DNA of 64,000 nt from Octopus vulgaris. Taxonomy: Eukaryota. Shown one piece after another: positions 49,978 through 63,365 of this stretch (position 1 is the stretch's first letter; the number at the start of each line of letters is the position of its first letter). A program made the position numbers and the translations under genes. A model generated the notes under the pieces. The model was given only the letters and a program-made list of their open reading frames with translations, had not been told where the DNA came from and ran no database searches. The stretch spans positions 82,584,001-82,648,000 of the forward strand of contig OX597817.1 in NCBI GenBank assembly GCA_951406725.2, given 5' to 3'.

Positions 49978-52900
49978 CATCATCATCATCATTTAGCGTC
50001 CGCTTTCCATGCTACCATGGGTTGGACGGTTCAACTGGGGTCTGTGAAGCCAGAAGGCTGCATCAAGCCCAGTCTGATCTGGCATTGTTTCTATGGCTGG
50101 ATGCCCTTCCTAACGCCAACCACTCCATGAGTGTAGTGGGTGCTTTTTACATGCCACCTGCACAGGTGCCAGACGGTGCTGGCAACGGCCACGGACGGAT
50201 GGTGCTTTTTACGTGCCACTGGCACGGGTGCCAGGCGAGGCTGGCAATGGCCACGAACGGATGGTGCTTTTTATGTGCCAATGGCATGGAGGCCAGTCGG
50301 GGCGGTGCTGGCAACGGCCACGATCGGATGGTTCACTACTTGTCACCGGCACTGGTATCACAGCTGCAATTTTCATTGATGTTGATCGACTTCAAATTTG
50401 GTTCTGCTTTCTGATATCTGATTTGATTTGGTTTAATTTTGATTTTGATTTTGATTTTCACTTGCCTCAACGTGTCTTCACAAGTGGAGTTTTGTGTCCC
50501 AAGAAGGAAAGGTATGTATAAGTCAACTGGCTACATACCAGGTAGAGGCCACGGGTTATGGTCTCACTAGTCTTGCCAGGTCTTCTCACGCACAGCATAC
50601 TTCCATAGGTCTCGGTCTCTAGTCATTTCCTTGGTGAGACCTAAAGTTCGAAGGTCGTGCTTCACCACCTCGTCCCAGGTTTTCCTGGGTCTACCTCTTC
50701 CACTTTTGCACACAACTATCTTCAGCCATTCTCGACACATGACCATACCAGCGCAAAAGTCTCTCTTGCACACCACAACTGATGCTCCTTAGATCCAACT
50801 TTTCTCTCAAGGTACTTACACTCTGTCGATTATAAACACTGACATTACACATCCATCGGAGCATACTGGCTTCATTTCTTGCGAGCTTACGCATATCCTC
50901 AGCAGTCACAGCCCATGTTTCACTACCATGTAGCATGGCTGTTCGTACACATGCATCATACAGTCTGCCTTTTACTCTGAGCGAGAGGCCTTTTGTCACC
51001 AGCAGGGGTAAGAGCTCTCTGAACTTTGCCCAGGCTATTCTTACTCTAGCAGTTACACTTCCAGCACACCCACCCCCGCTACTGACTTGGTCACCTAGGT
51101 AGCGGAAGCTATCAACTACTTCTAGTTTTTCTCCCTGGAATGTGGAAGAAGTTGGTCTCTGCACATTTTCAGTGTTTATTGCTCCTGAGCATCTGCCACA
51201 GACAAAAACTATTTTCCTAGTTAGCCTTCCTTTGACATTGCTGCACCTCTTATGTGTCCATAGCTTACACTTGGTGCACCTTATAGAGTTTCTACCTACA
51301 CTTTTTTTACAGATCGAGCAGAGCCATCTACCAGAAGGCGTTTGTGATTGGTCTACCTTCCTACTTATTAGGACTTTGGTTTAGGCTAGGTTGATTCTAA
51401 GGCCCTTCGATTCTAATCCTTGCTTCCACACCTGAAACTTCTCCTCCAGTTCTGATAGTGACTCAGCAATTAGAGCAAGGTCATCAGCATAGAGGAGCTC
51501 CCAGGGGCATCCTGTCTTGAATTCCTCCGTTATTGCCTGGAGGACTATGATAAATAGGAGGGGACTGAGGACTGAACCTTGGTGGACCCCAACCTCTACC
51601 CGGAATTCTTCACTGTACTCGTTGCCAACCCTCACCTTACTAGCAGCGTCTCTGTACATGGCTCGCACAGCTCTCACTAACCATTCATCTATCCCTAGTT
51701 TCCTCATTGACCACCAGATAAGGGATCGGGGGACCCTGTCGAAGGCTTTCTTCATGTCAACAAAAGCCAGGTACAGGGGCTTATCTTTGGCTAGGTATTT
51801 CTCCTGCAGCTGTCTTACCAGGAATATAGCATCAGTAGTACTTTTCCCTGGCACGAACACAAACTGCATCTCATCTAAGCTAACTCTCTCTCTAATTAGT
51901 TGGGCTATAACCCTCTCCGTAACCTTCATTACCTGATCCAGCAGCTTGATACCCCTGTAGTTATTTGTATCGAGGGCGTCACCTTTACCTTTGTAGCAGT
52001 TGACTATTATGCTGCTACACTAGTCATTGGGAATGACTCCTTCGTGTATCACCTGGTTAACTATACGGGTGACTAGGCTATAGCCTACACTACCAGATAT
52101 TTTGAGCATCTCTGCAGTAATTCCTGATGGGCCTGGGGCTTTCCCTGTTTTCATGCTTGTAATTGCCTTAACTACTAAGGAACTGTCAACTCGGATTGCT
52201 GATCCCTCTGTTGGGTCGACATTCGGCAGACTCTCTTTATCCCATTCATTTTTCCTCATTCAGCAACCTTTCATAGTGGCGTCTCCAAACCTCTCTCTTT
52301 GCATCCTCATTTAGCGCAAGTGAACTGTCATCCTTGCGAACACATTTCTCTCCTACCACGTCACGATTCTCTCTCACACACTGTCTTGCAACACGAAATA
52401 CCTCAAGTCTTTCATCCTCACAGCGCAGAATATTGACAAATTTTTTCTTATCTGATTCCCCTCTGGCTAAATACACCTGCCTCCTAGCTTCCCTTCTGGC
52501 AGTCTGATACACTTCCCTGCTACCACTGTTCTTCCAGTCCTTCCAAGCCTGTTTCTTTTGTCTAATAGCCCTGTCAACAATATTGTTCCACCACCACGTT
52601 ATTTTGGGTCTTGAGGGGACTTTGCACCAGCCACAGATCTGGTCAGTGGCTTTCAGCAGGTTGTCCCTTAGAAGCATCCAGTTGTCTTCTACCCCATGTG
52701 TAGCTATACCCCCTTCTACTTCGTCAAAGTCTTCAAGTAACATGTCTCTAAATCTCTGTCCATTCGCAGGATCTTTAAGCTTCCAGACCCTTCTTCTCCA
52801 TGTTGGTCGTCTTCTAGTCGTCCTCTTAGTCCTGATCCTAAAGTCACTAACTACCAGTCTATGTTGTGGGGTACATTCTTTGTTTGGGAAGGTTTTGGCA

Positions 52901-53331
52901 TTTATAAGCAGCCATCTTTCCCTTTTTCTGGCAAGGATGTAGTCGATTTGGCTAGTATGCCGGCCCGATCGGTAGGTGACCAGGTGGCTTGTCGGTTTCC
53001 TGAAGTTAGTGTTGCAAACCATAAGACTATTCGCATCGCAGAACTCCAGCAGCCTGGTTCCCTCCTCGTTGTGGGAACCATAACCGTAGCCTCCATGTAC
53101 GCCATGGAAGCCCCCAGCATGTCGTCCAACATGCCCATTGAAGTCACCAGCCACAAAGAGAAGGTCCCTGTCGTTCGTCAATGAGGTGGTCTGCAGTAGG
53201 GTGTCATAGAAACGGTCTTTCTGTCCATCGGGTAGCCCTGGCTGAGGGGCATAGGCCGATATAATAGTTGCTAAACTATGATGAAGCACTAATCTAATCT
53301 TAAGTATTCTGTCGCATACTCTGACTACCTC

Positions 53332-53332
<1 letters not shown>
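49978..53332 (-). mobile_element. RTE-clade LINE, 5'-truncated within the APE domain, few disabling mutations, with 3' UTR and (GAT)n tail
   Basis: APE motifs SAYAPQ, GDFNGHVG, QIDYIL, QHRLV; RT motifs KAPGPSGI, FVDMKKAFDRV, GVHQGSVLSPLLF, LLYADDL, FRYLG. Stops at 52020 and 51381; frameshifts near 52255 and 50700. Both ends abut (TA)n. Confidence 0.92.
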
Positions 53333-53381
<49 letters not shown>

Positions 53382-53649
53382 CATCATCATTATTTTGATG
53401 TACATCATTTCCATGCTTGGATAAATCAAATGGAATGTGCTGAAGCAGATTTTCTAGTCAGAGGCCCCTATATTTGTTTCCAAAGAAGCTGATATTTCCT
53501 CTAGGCCAGACATGTTTCTATTGAAGCTTGGAAACTAGTGGCATTGAGGGAAATTTAATAGCTATTTCTGGCAGATTGAGCAACTGCATACATGCTCACT
53601 TTGTTGACATAACTATTTATTAATAATATCCTACACTAATTTTTTTATG

Positions 53650-54182
53650 TTCAATCTGCCCTTCACTCTAAGGCAGAGGCCTTTTGTTACTAGTAAAGAT
53701 AATAGCTCTCTGGACTTTCCCCAGCCAGTTCATATTGTGGTAACTATGCTTTCAGAGCATCCTCCTTCACTGCTAATTTGGTCTTCTAGGTAATGGAAAC
53801 TGTCTATTAATAAGGATTATCCTAGATATTTAAAGAAATCTATTTTCTGTGTTCTTAGTATTCATTGTACCTCCACACCTCCCACACACAAAGACAACTT
53901 TGTTAACCTTCTTGTGATTCCACTGCACCTTTTATGTATCCATAGCTTGAATTGGGTCTATTGTATGGAATTTCTACCTACACTTCTTCTATATAGTGAG
54001 TGGAGCCATTTCCCTAAAAGGATTAATACTTTTTCTGCTTTCCTGCTCACTAAAACTTTGGTCTTTGCTAAATTAACTATAAAGTCCTTTGAGTCCAGTC
54101 CTTGCTTCCATACCTGAAATTTCTTTTCTAATTTTACTTCAGATTCAGCTATAAGAACAAGGTCATCAGCATAGAGAAGCTT
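53650..54182 (-). mobile_element. older RTE LINE fragment (RT C-terminal half)
   Basis: LLYADDLVLIAES...FQVWKQGLDSK...NLAKTKVL, paralogous to 51381-51500; cut by a SINE at about 54185. Confidence 0.8.
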
Positions 54183-56023
54183 GTGTCCTTGTGTGTGTTG
54201 TGTTCTTGAACAAGACACTTTATTTCACGTTGCTCCAGTTAACTCAGCTGTAAAAATTGAGTTGCAATGTCACAGGTGCCAAACTGTATCGGCCTTTCTC
54301 TTGGATAACACTGGTGGCACAGAGAGGGGAGGCCAGTATGCACGGTCGACTGCTGGTCATCCATAAACAACCTTGCCCAGACTTGTGCCTGGGAGGGTAA
54401 CTTTCTAGGTGCAACCCCATAGTCAGTCATGACTGAAGGGAGTCTCAGCAATAATAATAATAATAATATCAAAAAATACCCTAGGAATGAGAACCCAGGC
54501 TCGAAATTCCCCCAAGGCACATGATGAAGGCCGGAGGATATATCAGCCAAGACGTTGTGTTAACAACAAAGATGAGGACAAATATCCGTCAAATGTAAAT
54601 ATCGTAAATAATGTACATAATTTCTCATCTCTTAAATATAGCACTGTAAGATTCTATTTTCTAATGCTGAGCAATGTAACAACTGACCAAAAACTTTTGT
54701 CAAAAGAAATTTATAAAAATGTTGACATCTTGTCATAAATTTCAACCATCTCAGAAAACATAGCTTTCAGTTTTTCTTTCTTTCTTTTCTTTTTCTTTCT
54801 TTCTTCCTTTATTTTGTTTGGTTTAAAAATTCATGCTTACACGAATTTACATACACACAAATATACACACACCTATAGATACAAAATCACGAAGAACCTC
54901 TCAAATGACCATTCTCCAGACACCCTCTTTCCAAACGCAAGAAGATATATATATATATAAGGTATTTTCATGCCCTGCATCACAAAATGCATCTGAATAA
55001 ACATTGCCTGACAGCAAATAGAGACTCGAACATTGCTTAGAAAATATTTTTCATTTTTAACCTTGTATATAGTACGCATTAGGGATTTTGACCTTTAAAT
55101 TTTGGGAAAAAAATGTGGATTATACTTGAGGATTTACGTTAAGTATACAAAAAAATTTATACACAATGTTCAATAAAAACTTATAAGGAAAAAATTGTTA
55201 GTATATTTACTTATACGCGAGTAGAGGAATATCTGCTCATTAGTATACATAGATATAGGAATTCCAGTTGTTTTTGATTAGGGAAAACATAAAGGAAGGA
55301 ACACCATATAAAAGTATATATACTGATGATGGCGCAAAGAGAGAAAAAAAGGCACACGCATATAGATATAAGTTCAGACACATCAAAAAATAGTAGTATA
55401 TATATATGTGTGTGTGTGCAAAACATATGCATATGCGCACATGTTCATATTAAAAAATACATGTCAGTGGCAATATATAGTGAATAAACACAATAATAAT
55501 AAATATGTACACACAGATGACATATAAGATCCATGTCTAGATATGCACACATGGTTGTAGGCATGTTGGACACCAAGAAGTACTATATGTGTTGGCATAT
55601 ATCAGGAGTAAAATATATTTATCAGGTAGTGACAAGTAACATAAAACAATATTAGTTAGAATGGATATGCTGAAGGGGTTTAAAAGGACACATTATGCAA
55701 ATAAAATAAAATAATATACAAAAAATATATAAATATATTACATACTAAGGAAAGATATTATTTTTTAAAAAAAACAGTCATGTTCAGAGAAAAAGGTGTA
55801 GGGAGAGATAAAGTGTTAGCCCAATATATGTGGGTCATGCAATTGTTAGAAGGAAAAGTTAAATAAAAAAATATATCAAGAGAGTGTAAGATATAGTGAT
55901 GTAAAGTGGATGTGATGAATAATTGCATTCCATAGAAAAAGATAACATTGTTGTATCGCATGTTTGACGTACAATATAATGGAATAATAATAATGTCCTT
56001 GCAAATCGTTCTACTCAAAATAT

Positions 56024-59000
56024 TGTAGCACAGTCCATTAGGAGCCAACCAATGGGGTGTTCTATTTCCACACAACACCACCTCCTTTTAACATTGGCTT
56101 TGTCTTTTTTTATTTATTTATTCTTTTATTTTTATCAATATTATTTCCTTGGTGAGAAACTGGCATGTCTCTTTCTCTTGGCATTAATTTCCATAATTTC
56201 TGTAGGTTTTCTTTTCCTGTTCGACCTACATGTCAGTTCTGCTTTCACTTGTGGTTCTGGGACCTCAAACATGTCATAACATATATACATTGGCTCCTTT
56301 CGCCTTTCTTGATTTTTGATATATCTTACCTTTAATTGGTTAAAATGCCTTTCATGTTTGTATTTTGGTCTTTTTACCATGTACATCACATTATCCAGAT
56401 GTCCAGTTATATTACCTTGTTCCCAGTCCTGTTTTCTGTTTTTATATATTTTAAAATACATTTCATCACTTGTGTTAAAAAATTTCGTTCTACTTCCTAA
56501 ATTTTGAATTTTCCATTTCCTACTTGGCAACAATTTGTCAAACCCAGAACGAATCTTTCTAGAGAACATCAATTCTGCGGGTGACCTACTCAACTCTGCA
56601 TTTGGATTTGGCATTATTCTGTACACCTGTAAGAACTTTGTCATATTTTTATCTTCAAGGGCTTCCTGTCTGGTCTTCCTTAAGATTCTCTTGAATGTCT
56701 CAACAAATCTTTCTGCTAACCCATTTGACCTTTGATGGTATGGTGGAGTTAACACATTCTTCATCTGGACTGACTTACAGAATCTTTCGAACTCCTTCAC
56801 TGTGAATTATGTGCCATTATCTGACATGATCATATCTGGCACTCCATAACGAGTGAACAATTCTTCAAAGAAGTCAACAGTCACATTTGTGATTGGCCTT
56901 GAACATTTACACACTTTGGAATGGCTGTTCAACACAATGATATAATAAGAGCCATTTATTGGTCCTGCAAAATCCACATGCAGTGTAGACCATGCTGAAT
57001 CCATTTTTGGCCATAGCTGTACCTGCACTGGGGGCACCTTTGCTGTCATAGCGCATCCTCTACATGTTTTTTTATCAGTCTCTCAATTTGCTTGTCCAAT
57101 ACATGTAACTCTTCATGAGGCTTTTCATCCAGGCAATCCCAAGATGCCCTACATGGAAGGCTTTCAATATTCTGTTTTTCAATATTCAGGTATTACCACC
57201 CTTTGTGCATATAATAATACATCGTCACATACTGAATAATGATTTGAACCTGCGTTCAGCTCATTTATATTATTTTTTGTGTTACCTTCTAACAATATTT
57301 TTTTTAATCTTGTTTATGAACAGATCCTTTTCTGATTTCAATTTAATTTCTTTCAATGTTACCAGCAAATCACGTACTACATTGCACAAAATGTTTTTCA
57401 ATTCCATTTCTAGTTTTAACGATGCAATCACCGGGTCTTCAAAAGGTTCCTTATATTCTGGAATTAGCCAAGACAACCCATCCACAGGTCCCATTTTCTT
57501 TGATGGCAAAACCTCCATCTGAAAATCCTAGTTCAACAGGGTAGTCCTCCAGCACTGTAAGCGATTTGCTGAGTGCATGGGATACCATTTTTCGAACCGA
57601 AAATAGACAGTAACAATTGGTGATCAGTTTGCAGTGTAAAATTCTACCATGTAGGAATTTCTGGAATTTCATTACTGTGATGATTAATGATAAAGGCTCC
57701 TTTTCGATCTGGCTGTAGTTTTTTTCTGCTAATAAGAGAACTGTTGATGCATGTGCAATAGCTTTGATTTTACCATCCTTAAATTTATGCAATATCACCA
57801 CTCCTATACCATATTCACTGCCACAATTAATTTCAGGTTTGGGTTTGAAATGAGTTAATGATAACGCTGATGTTAACCTCTTTTTTAATTCCTCGAATGC
57901 TTTCTGATATTCATTTGTCCAGTCCCATTTTATGTCTTTCTTTAACAAATTATTCAATGGAGCTCATAGCTGATATATTTTAGGCATGTACAGCTGGTAA
58001 TAACATACCAGACTTAAAAATGCAATGTTGTTTTGTTAGTGGGAGCAGGTATTTTTTATCACGTCAGCCCTAGAAGGGTCCAGTTTCCGTCTGTTTCCAT
58101 CGATCACCTGTCCTAAGTACTTTATTTTTGTTTAAAAAAAAATTGCATTTATTTTCATGTACTTTAAATCCATAGTCGCTTATTCTTTTAAAACCTTTTT
58201 TTATATGTTCAACATGGTGGTCCCTCAATTCACTTTTGATCAATATGTCATCCAAGTATGGGACTGCAAACTCACAATCTGCTAGCATAGTATCTATCAC
58301 TTGCTGAAATATTGCTGGTGCGACCTTAACCCCCAAATAGCAGTCTTTTGAGATGGCACAGACCTTTATGAGTATTAATTGTTAATACGTTAGCAATTTC
58401 CTCATCTACCAGTAACTGTAGGTAGGCCTCTGACAAATCCAGCTTGGAAAAAATTTTCCCACCACTGCACTTAGCAAATATTTCTTCTGGATTTGGAAGC
58501 AGGTAATTGTAGATTTTTAAACAATTATTAAGACCTGTTGAGAAGTCCGCACATACTCTTATTTTGTTGTTTTTCTTTTTTATATATACAATAGGAGCCA
58601 CCCACTCTCAGTAGTCTACTTTTGCAATTACCTCTATGTCTTCCAATCTTTTTAGTTCCTTTTCAACTTGTTTTAATGAATAAAATATTGAAAAGTAGAT
58701 CCCACAGGTCAAATTCTTCCATTAAATCTGTCCTGAACAGATTCATTGTATTTTTAGATACCATTATTTTACTTTTCCGTGTCATGTTTTTAAGTTTTAT
58801 TTCTGGTGAAATTTCACCTAAGATTTGAACTCATTCCCCTAACTCGCCGTGAGCTATCCTAGTAGTTTTTTGTATACCGGCCTTCCTATCTTAATTCATG
58901 CTGCTGTATCAATTATCAACATGTCTGAACCGGTATCTAATTGCATTTTGGTCTAAAAACCATTTATTTCTACCGACACAAATTTTCAGAATTTTATGGT

Positions 59001-59265
59001 ATAATTTATTTTCGTTGAGTAGACTTTCTTTGATTTTGCATTTTTCTTCAACCAGCATTTTCACTGTCTATGCCCAATTTTACTGCACTTAAAACATTTT
59101 GTATCTTTAAAGGGGCAAACTTTCATAAAATGTAGGTCTCCACAACCATAGCATGGTCTTGGATTTATATATTTTTTATTATTCTTATTACTATTGTCTT
59201 CTATTTTTCTTGTATCTTCTCGAAGGTTTATTATTTGTTGGTATTCCTCAGTCACTTTCTGCAAG
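56024..59265 (-). mobile_element. Ty3/Gypsy LTR retrotransposon relic (gag knuckles, PR, RT, RNase H, IN)
   Basis: CYGCGDLHFMKVC and CFKCSKIGH knuckles; QLDTGSD protease near 58930; RVCADF, KLDLSEAY, PYLDDILI (RT); NYSQIEKE (RNase H); LHVDFAGP, SDNGT, SNGLAERFV (integrase); PPT at 56078-56089. Many frameshifts. Confidence 0.9.
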
Positions 59266-59289
59266 GTGGGAGTGAAGAATTATTGAAGA

Positions 59290-60200
59290 TAGATAAAAAG
59301 GAATTTGGTTATGTGATTACATGAGAAACTCTTTCATCCCTAGTGTTAGCCAGATTTCCATTCATTCTCATTATGCCAAAGCTTTCTTCTAAACATAATC
59401 TACAAATTTTATTACTATATCTATAAGAGGGGGGAGAATTGGATTTTCCAAGAAATTGAGAAATCAATATTGTTTCTTTTGAGGTGCCAATTTTTTTTAG
59501 ATAGACCTGTGCTATTCTCTTTTCTAGGGCCCCTAAAAGAAGATTTATGGTTATTAAATCTCGATTTAAGTGAATTTTTTGTGCAACAAACGTATATATA
59601 TTTAGAGGAGTTCTGAGTAATAAAAGTTGCTTGGTATACAACTTCTTTCATTTTGCAATTTCTATCTATGTCATGGGCATTTGCGTCTCTACAATTACAA
59701 TTTAAATTATTGGGTGGTCCTATGGTGTTATGTCTATGTTGATTAGGGATAATTGAGTTCTGGTTATTATCATAATAGTAGTTGTTAATTATAGGATTAT
59801 TGGCAGTACTAGGTACATTTAACAAAGTTTTTTTTTATTATAGAATAGATCCAGTTTCTTATTGCTAAAAGAAGAGATTATCCCAAAGAGATTATGAGAG
59901 AGTGAAAATCCAAATCTAATTTTTGTATTATTAAATATTTTTGCATATTTAGAGTTTTTAAAGTTTTTATTAATTATCATTCTAATGGATCTAATAAAGT
60001 TAGATTTTAGATGTTTGGCAAAAGGTATTATGATCCAAGTCATGTTATTGCTATTTTCTTTATTGGAATGATGGGTTGTGTTTGGTGGTGGTGGGAGGTC
60101 AGCTATTATCACACAAAGTACTGGTTTCTTTTTTGCTATTCTATTCCCATCTATATTAACTTGAGTTCTATGGTTATGTGTTTTATTGAAAAAATTAGGT
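59290..60200 (-). mobile_element. Penelope-like element relic (linker plus GIY-YIG endonuclease)
   Basis: CNCR...C...EVVYQA...YIYV...KSRFNNHKSSF...STGLSK...WKI...ICRLCLEE in frameshifted ORFs 59309-60112. Confidence 0.8.
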
Positions 60201-60838
60201 GAGTTTAGATTATTTTCACTTTTCTGTTTATTGGTTTAATATTCCTATTTTTATCAGTTTTGGTGTTTGTTGTCAGTATTCTTGGGTTTATTAATATTAA
60301 TATTAGTGTAGTAAGTAAGGTGGGAATTGTTAAAATTTATATTTTTTCTAGCTTAACTTCATTCTCATGTATTATGATTTTTTAAAATATACACCACACT
60401 AAGCGTTGTTTCTAACTGTCAGGTCATACCTTAATTCAAATATAGCCATGGCTTTCCATTGGACATTTCTATACAATCTTTTCCCTACACAACTTATCTG
60501 GTGTTAGAATTTCTAATCTCTTAACTCATCTATAGAGGGGATGAATCTAAAACCTCTCTCATATTTTCAAATAACCGTTATAGCCTTAATTTTAGTTAAT
60601 ACCTAACTGGACTCACACATATCTTTCTTAGTAGACGCAAAACCAATGATAGCTTTCTGACCAGTTGTGTGTCATAATCAGGGATATACTGCTAGATTAC
60701 ATAAAAGTATAATACGTACATACATATATGCATATACATACATAATACATACACACACACACACATAAATATATATATGTGTGTGTGCATGTGTGTGTGT
60801 GTGTGTGTGTGTGCATGTGTGTGTGTGTGTGTGTGAAG

Positions 60839-61170
60839 GCGCATGGCTCAGTGGTTAAAGCATCGAGCTTACGATCGTGAGGTCGTGAGTTCGAATTCCG
60901 GACCGGGCTGCATGTTGTGTTCTTCAGCAAGACACTTTATTTCACGTTGCTCCAGTTAACTCAGCTGTAGAAATGAGTTGAGACGTCACAGGTGCCAAGC
61001 TGTACCGTCCGTTGCCTTTCCCTTGGATAACACTGGTGGCGTGGAGAGGGGAGGCTGGTACGCATGGGTGACTGCTGATCTTCCATAAACAACCTTGCCC
61101 GGACTTGTGCCTGGGAGGGTACCTTTCTAGGTGCAATCCCACAGTCAGTCATGACCGAAGGGTATCTCAG
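60839..61170 (+). mobile_element. tRNA-derived SINE family B (head-less copy at about 54190-54448)
   Basis: TGGCTCAGTGG (box A) and GTTCGAATTCC (box B) followed by a roughly 260-bp body shared with 54190-54448. Confidence 0.8.
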
Positions 61171-61511
61171 CATAAGGATAAATATGAATCTCCTAGATCC
61201 TATTCTGCTTTTTCCTTTCTCAAGTCCTTTGTAAAAATTATGTTCATACTTTTTGCACTGATGAGTACAGTGATATATAATTAATTTAATTTAATCTAAT
61301 AAATTTGATTAATTCTATTCATCCATGAATTTACATGATTTTTATATTGCTGTAAATTAAAATTCTCATATATTTTAGCATCTTCTATTCTCCATTTATA
61401 TGAAAATTGTTGAGTTTTATGGGATTTCTTTCCATAAATACACAACACACCATATACATGTGTATATATATGTGTATATATATATATATATATTTGTATA
61501 TATATATACAT

Positions 61512-61717
61512 ACAGTTCTATATTTAAGAGATGAGGAATTATGTACATTATTTACATTTGACGGATACTGTCCTCATCATGTTCATTGTTAACATCTTTC
61601 GGCTGATATACCCTTCAGCCCAAAGACACCTGATGAAGGCCGGAGGGTATATCTGCAGAAACATTGTGTTAACAACAAACAAGATGAGGACAAATATCCA
61701 TCGAATGTAAATAACGT
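61512..61717. ncRNA. foldback element with decayed hammerhead core (+ 61625-61670); single-arm relative at 54470-54647
   Basis: GACAC-CTGATGA-AGGCC...GAAACATT-GTGTT. Comparing three arms suggests an ancestral ACAC CTGATGA A GGC...GCC GAAACGTT GTGT. Confidence 0.55.
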
Positions 61718-61870
61718 ATGTATGTATATATATATTTGGATATTTATATAAATATATATGTGGATATATATATGTGGATATATATATATATATGGATATA
61801 TATATATATATATGGATATATATATGGATATATATATATATATATGGAGATATATATATATATATATATA

Positions 61871-63016
61871 CTAGCATTAAAGACCCGTCATTGCCGGGTC
61901 ATAGTGCTAGTGCATGTATATATGTGTATATATATGTGTACATATTACATGTACATCTATATATATACATCTACACATAAAATACAAAGTTATATCTTGA
62001 TATCACTAGTGATAACAATGCTCAAAATATATAACAGACTGGAATTGTTAGCCCAGTCTCTTGTAATTTCGATCAATTGTATCTTGTCCTTCCTCTTGTA
62101 TAGAAGTGTGGCTACAATCCGACGGCTGCAGCGAAATTCATTTTTGGACTTTCTAACAAAAATGCTTCCGTGTAAACGGTGAAAATATTGTCAATTTCCC
62201 CAAACAGGGACACAATTCAATTTTTAAACAATAACCGAAGCTCCTTCTCCCAAAGGGGGAGGGTTACGGTTTGTAAATTATTTAACAAATGCAACACAAC
62301 AACGCTTCCCTTACGAGGAACCAACAAACATGATAACAATAGTTAAACAGAAATAATAATAACAACAAACCTTATGGTAAACAAAAAAGCAGTACTCTGT
62401 TGAAGCTATAGGCCTTTATGGATCAGAAATAAACCAACAGCGGTACTAAGTAGAAGCATCTTTCGTACAGCCAAACTTCATATACATACTTAATGCTAGC
62501 TAATTAGCAAATAATCTAATGTAAAAGTAGTGCACACCTCCATCTAGACTATTCCATTTCTGCACTTAAATTTTATTTTTTATTTATTCCCATTCATGTG
62601 AAACCACTGATTCAAGTTCAAGTCATTGATGCAATTTTATACCAATTGCTATTTTTACTTTTATTATGTTACTATAATATTAAACTTTAGTTTGATTTTA
62701 ATTATTACTTACTACATATAATTCAATTGTTATTATTTTTATTGTTATTATTTTTAGTGAAAGTATCTGACATAAAATAGAGAAATGTTTTTGTTTCACT
62801 TTTAACACATAATACTGAAATAGTGGAGAAGATATGATATTGCTATGGGTTCACTCTAGGCAAGAAGTTGAAGATTTTTTTTGCCCATGAAACTACATGG
62901 ACCCTAAGTAAGGCATGTGTAAAATTTGAATGAAATTGGTTGTGTAGTTCTCGAGTTTTAGGGAAACACACAGACAGACAGACAGACACACATTCTCAGT
63001 TTTATATATATAAAGA
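61871..63016 (-). mobile_element. non-autonomous Helitron, about 1.15 kb, same terminal family as 33417
   Basis: CTAGCA...GACCCG...CGGGTCATAGTGCTAGT hairpin at one end; TTTATATATATAAAGA at the other. Confidence 0.6.
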
Positions 63017-63365
63017 TATATATATACACACACACATATAAATTTGACATGGGCAATTCTTTCTTGTCTTGAGATTCACAGTCAAACGGCTGGGTGGAAT
63101 TGCATGAAAAATTACACAGATGTGTAGAATGATCTGGTGGTGATGATGGGCTTTGTATTTTATCATAGCTCCCATGTTTAGTGAGATAATCTACTATAAT
63201 ACTACTCTTGTGTTTTTGAGTGAGAAAGGAAGGAGTGATGGATGAATAAGGGAGGAAGGGGTGATGTCATACTTGGTAGTGGGATGATGAAAATTGTAGG
63301 CTGAAAAAATAAATCAGTCAGTGTTTCAACTCTGTGTGAATATATGTGTGTGTATGTGAAAGGGG

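Noticed and set aside
52583-53184. Plus-strand ORFs over the RTE (also 51517-51936; antisense ORFs 2158-2739 and 9766-10209)
   Set aside because: Antisense shadows of transposon coding sequence.
60839-60910. Possible tRNA gene
   Set aside because: Has A and B boxes but a poor acceptor stem and runs into a repeat body shared with 54190-54448; it is a SINE head.
61296-61420. Possible upstream TSNAXIP1 exon (KWRIEDAKIYENFNLQQYKNHVNSW)
   Set aside because: No convincing splice sites or recognisable homology.
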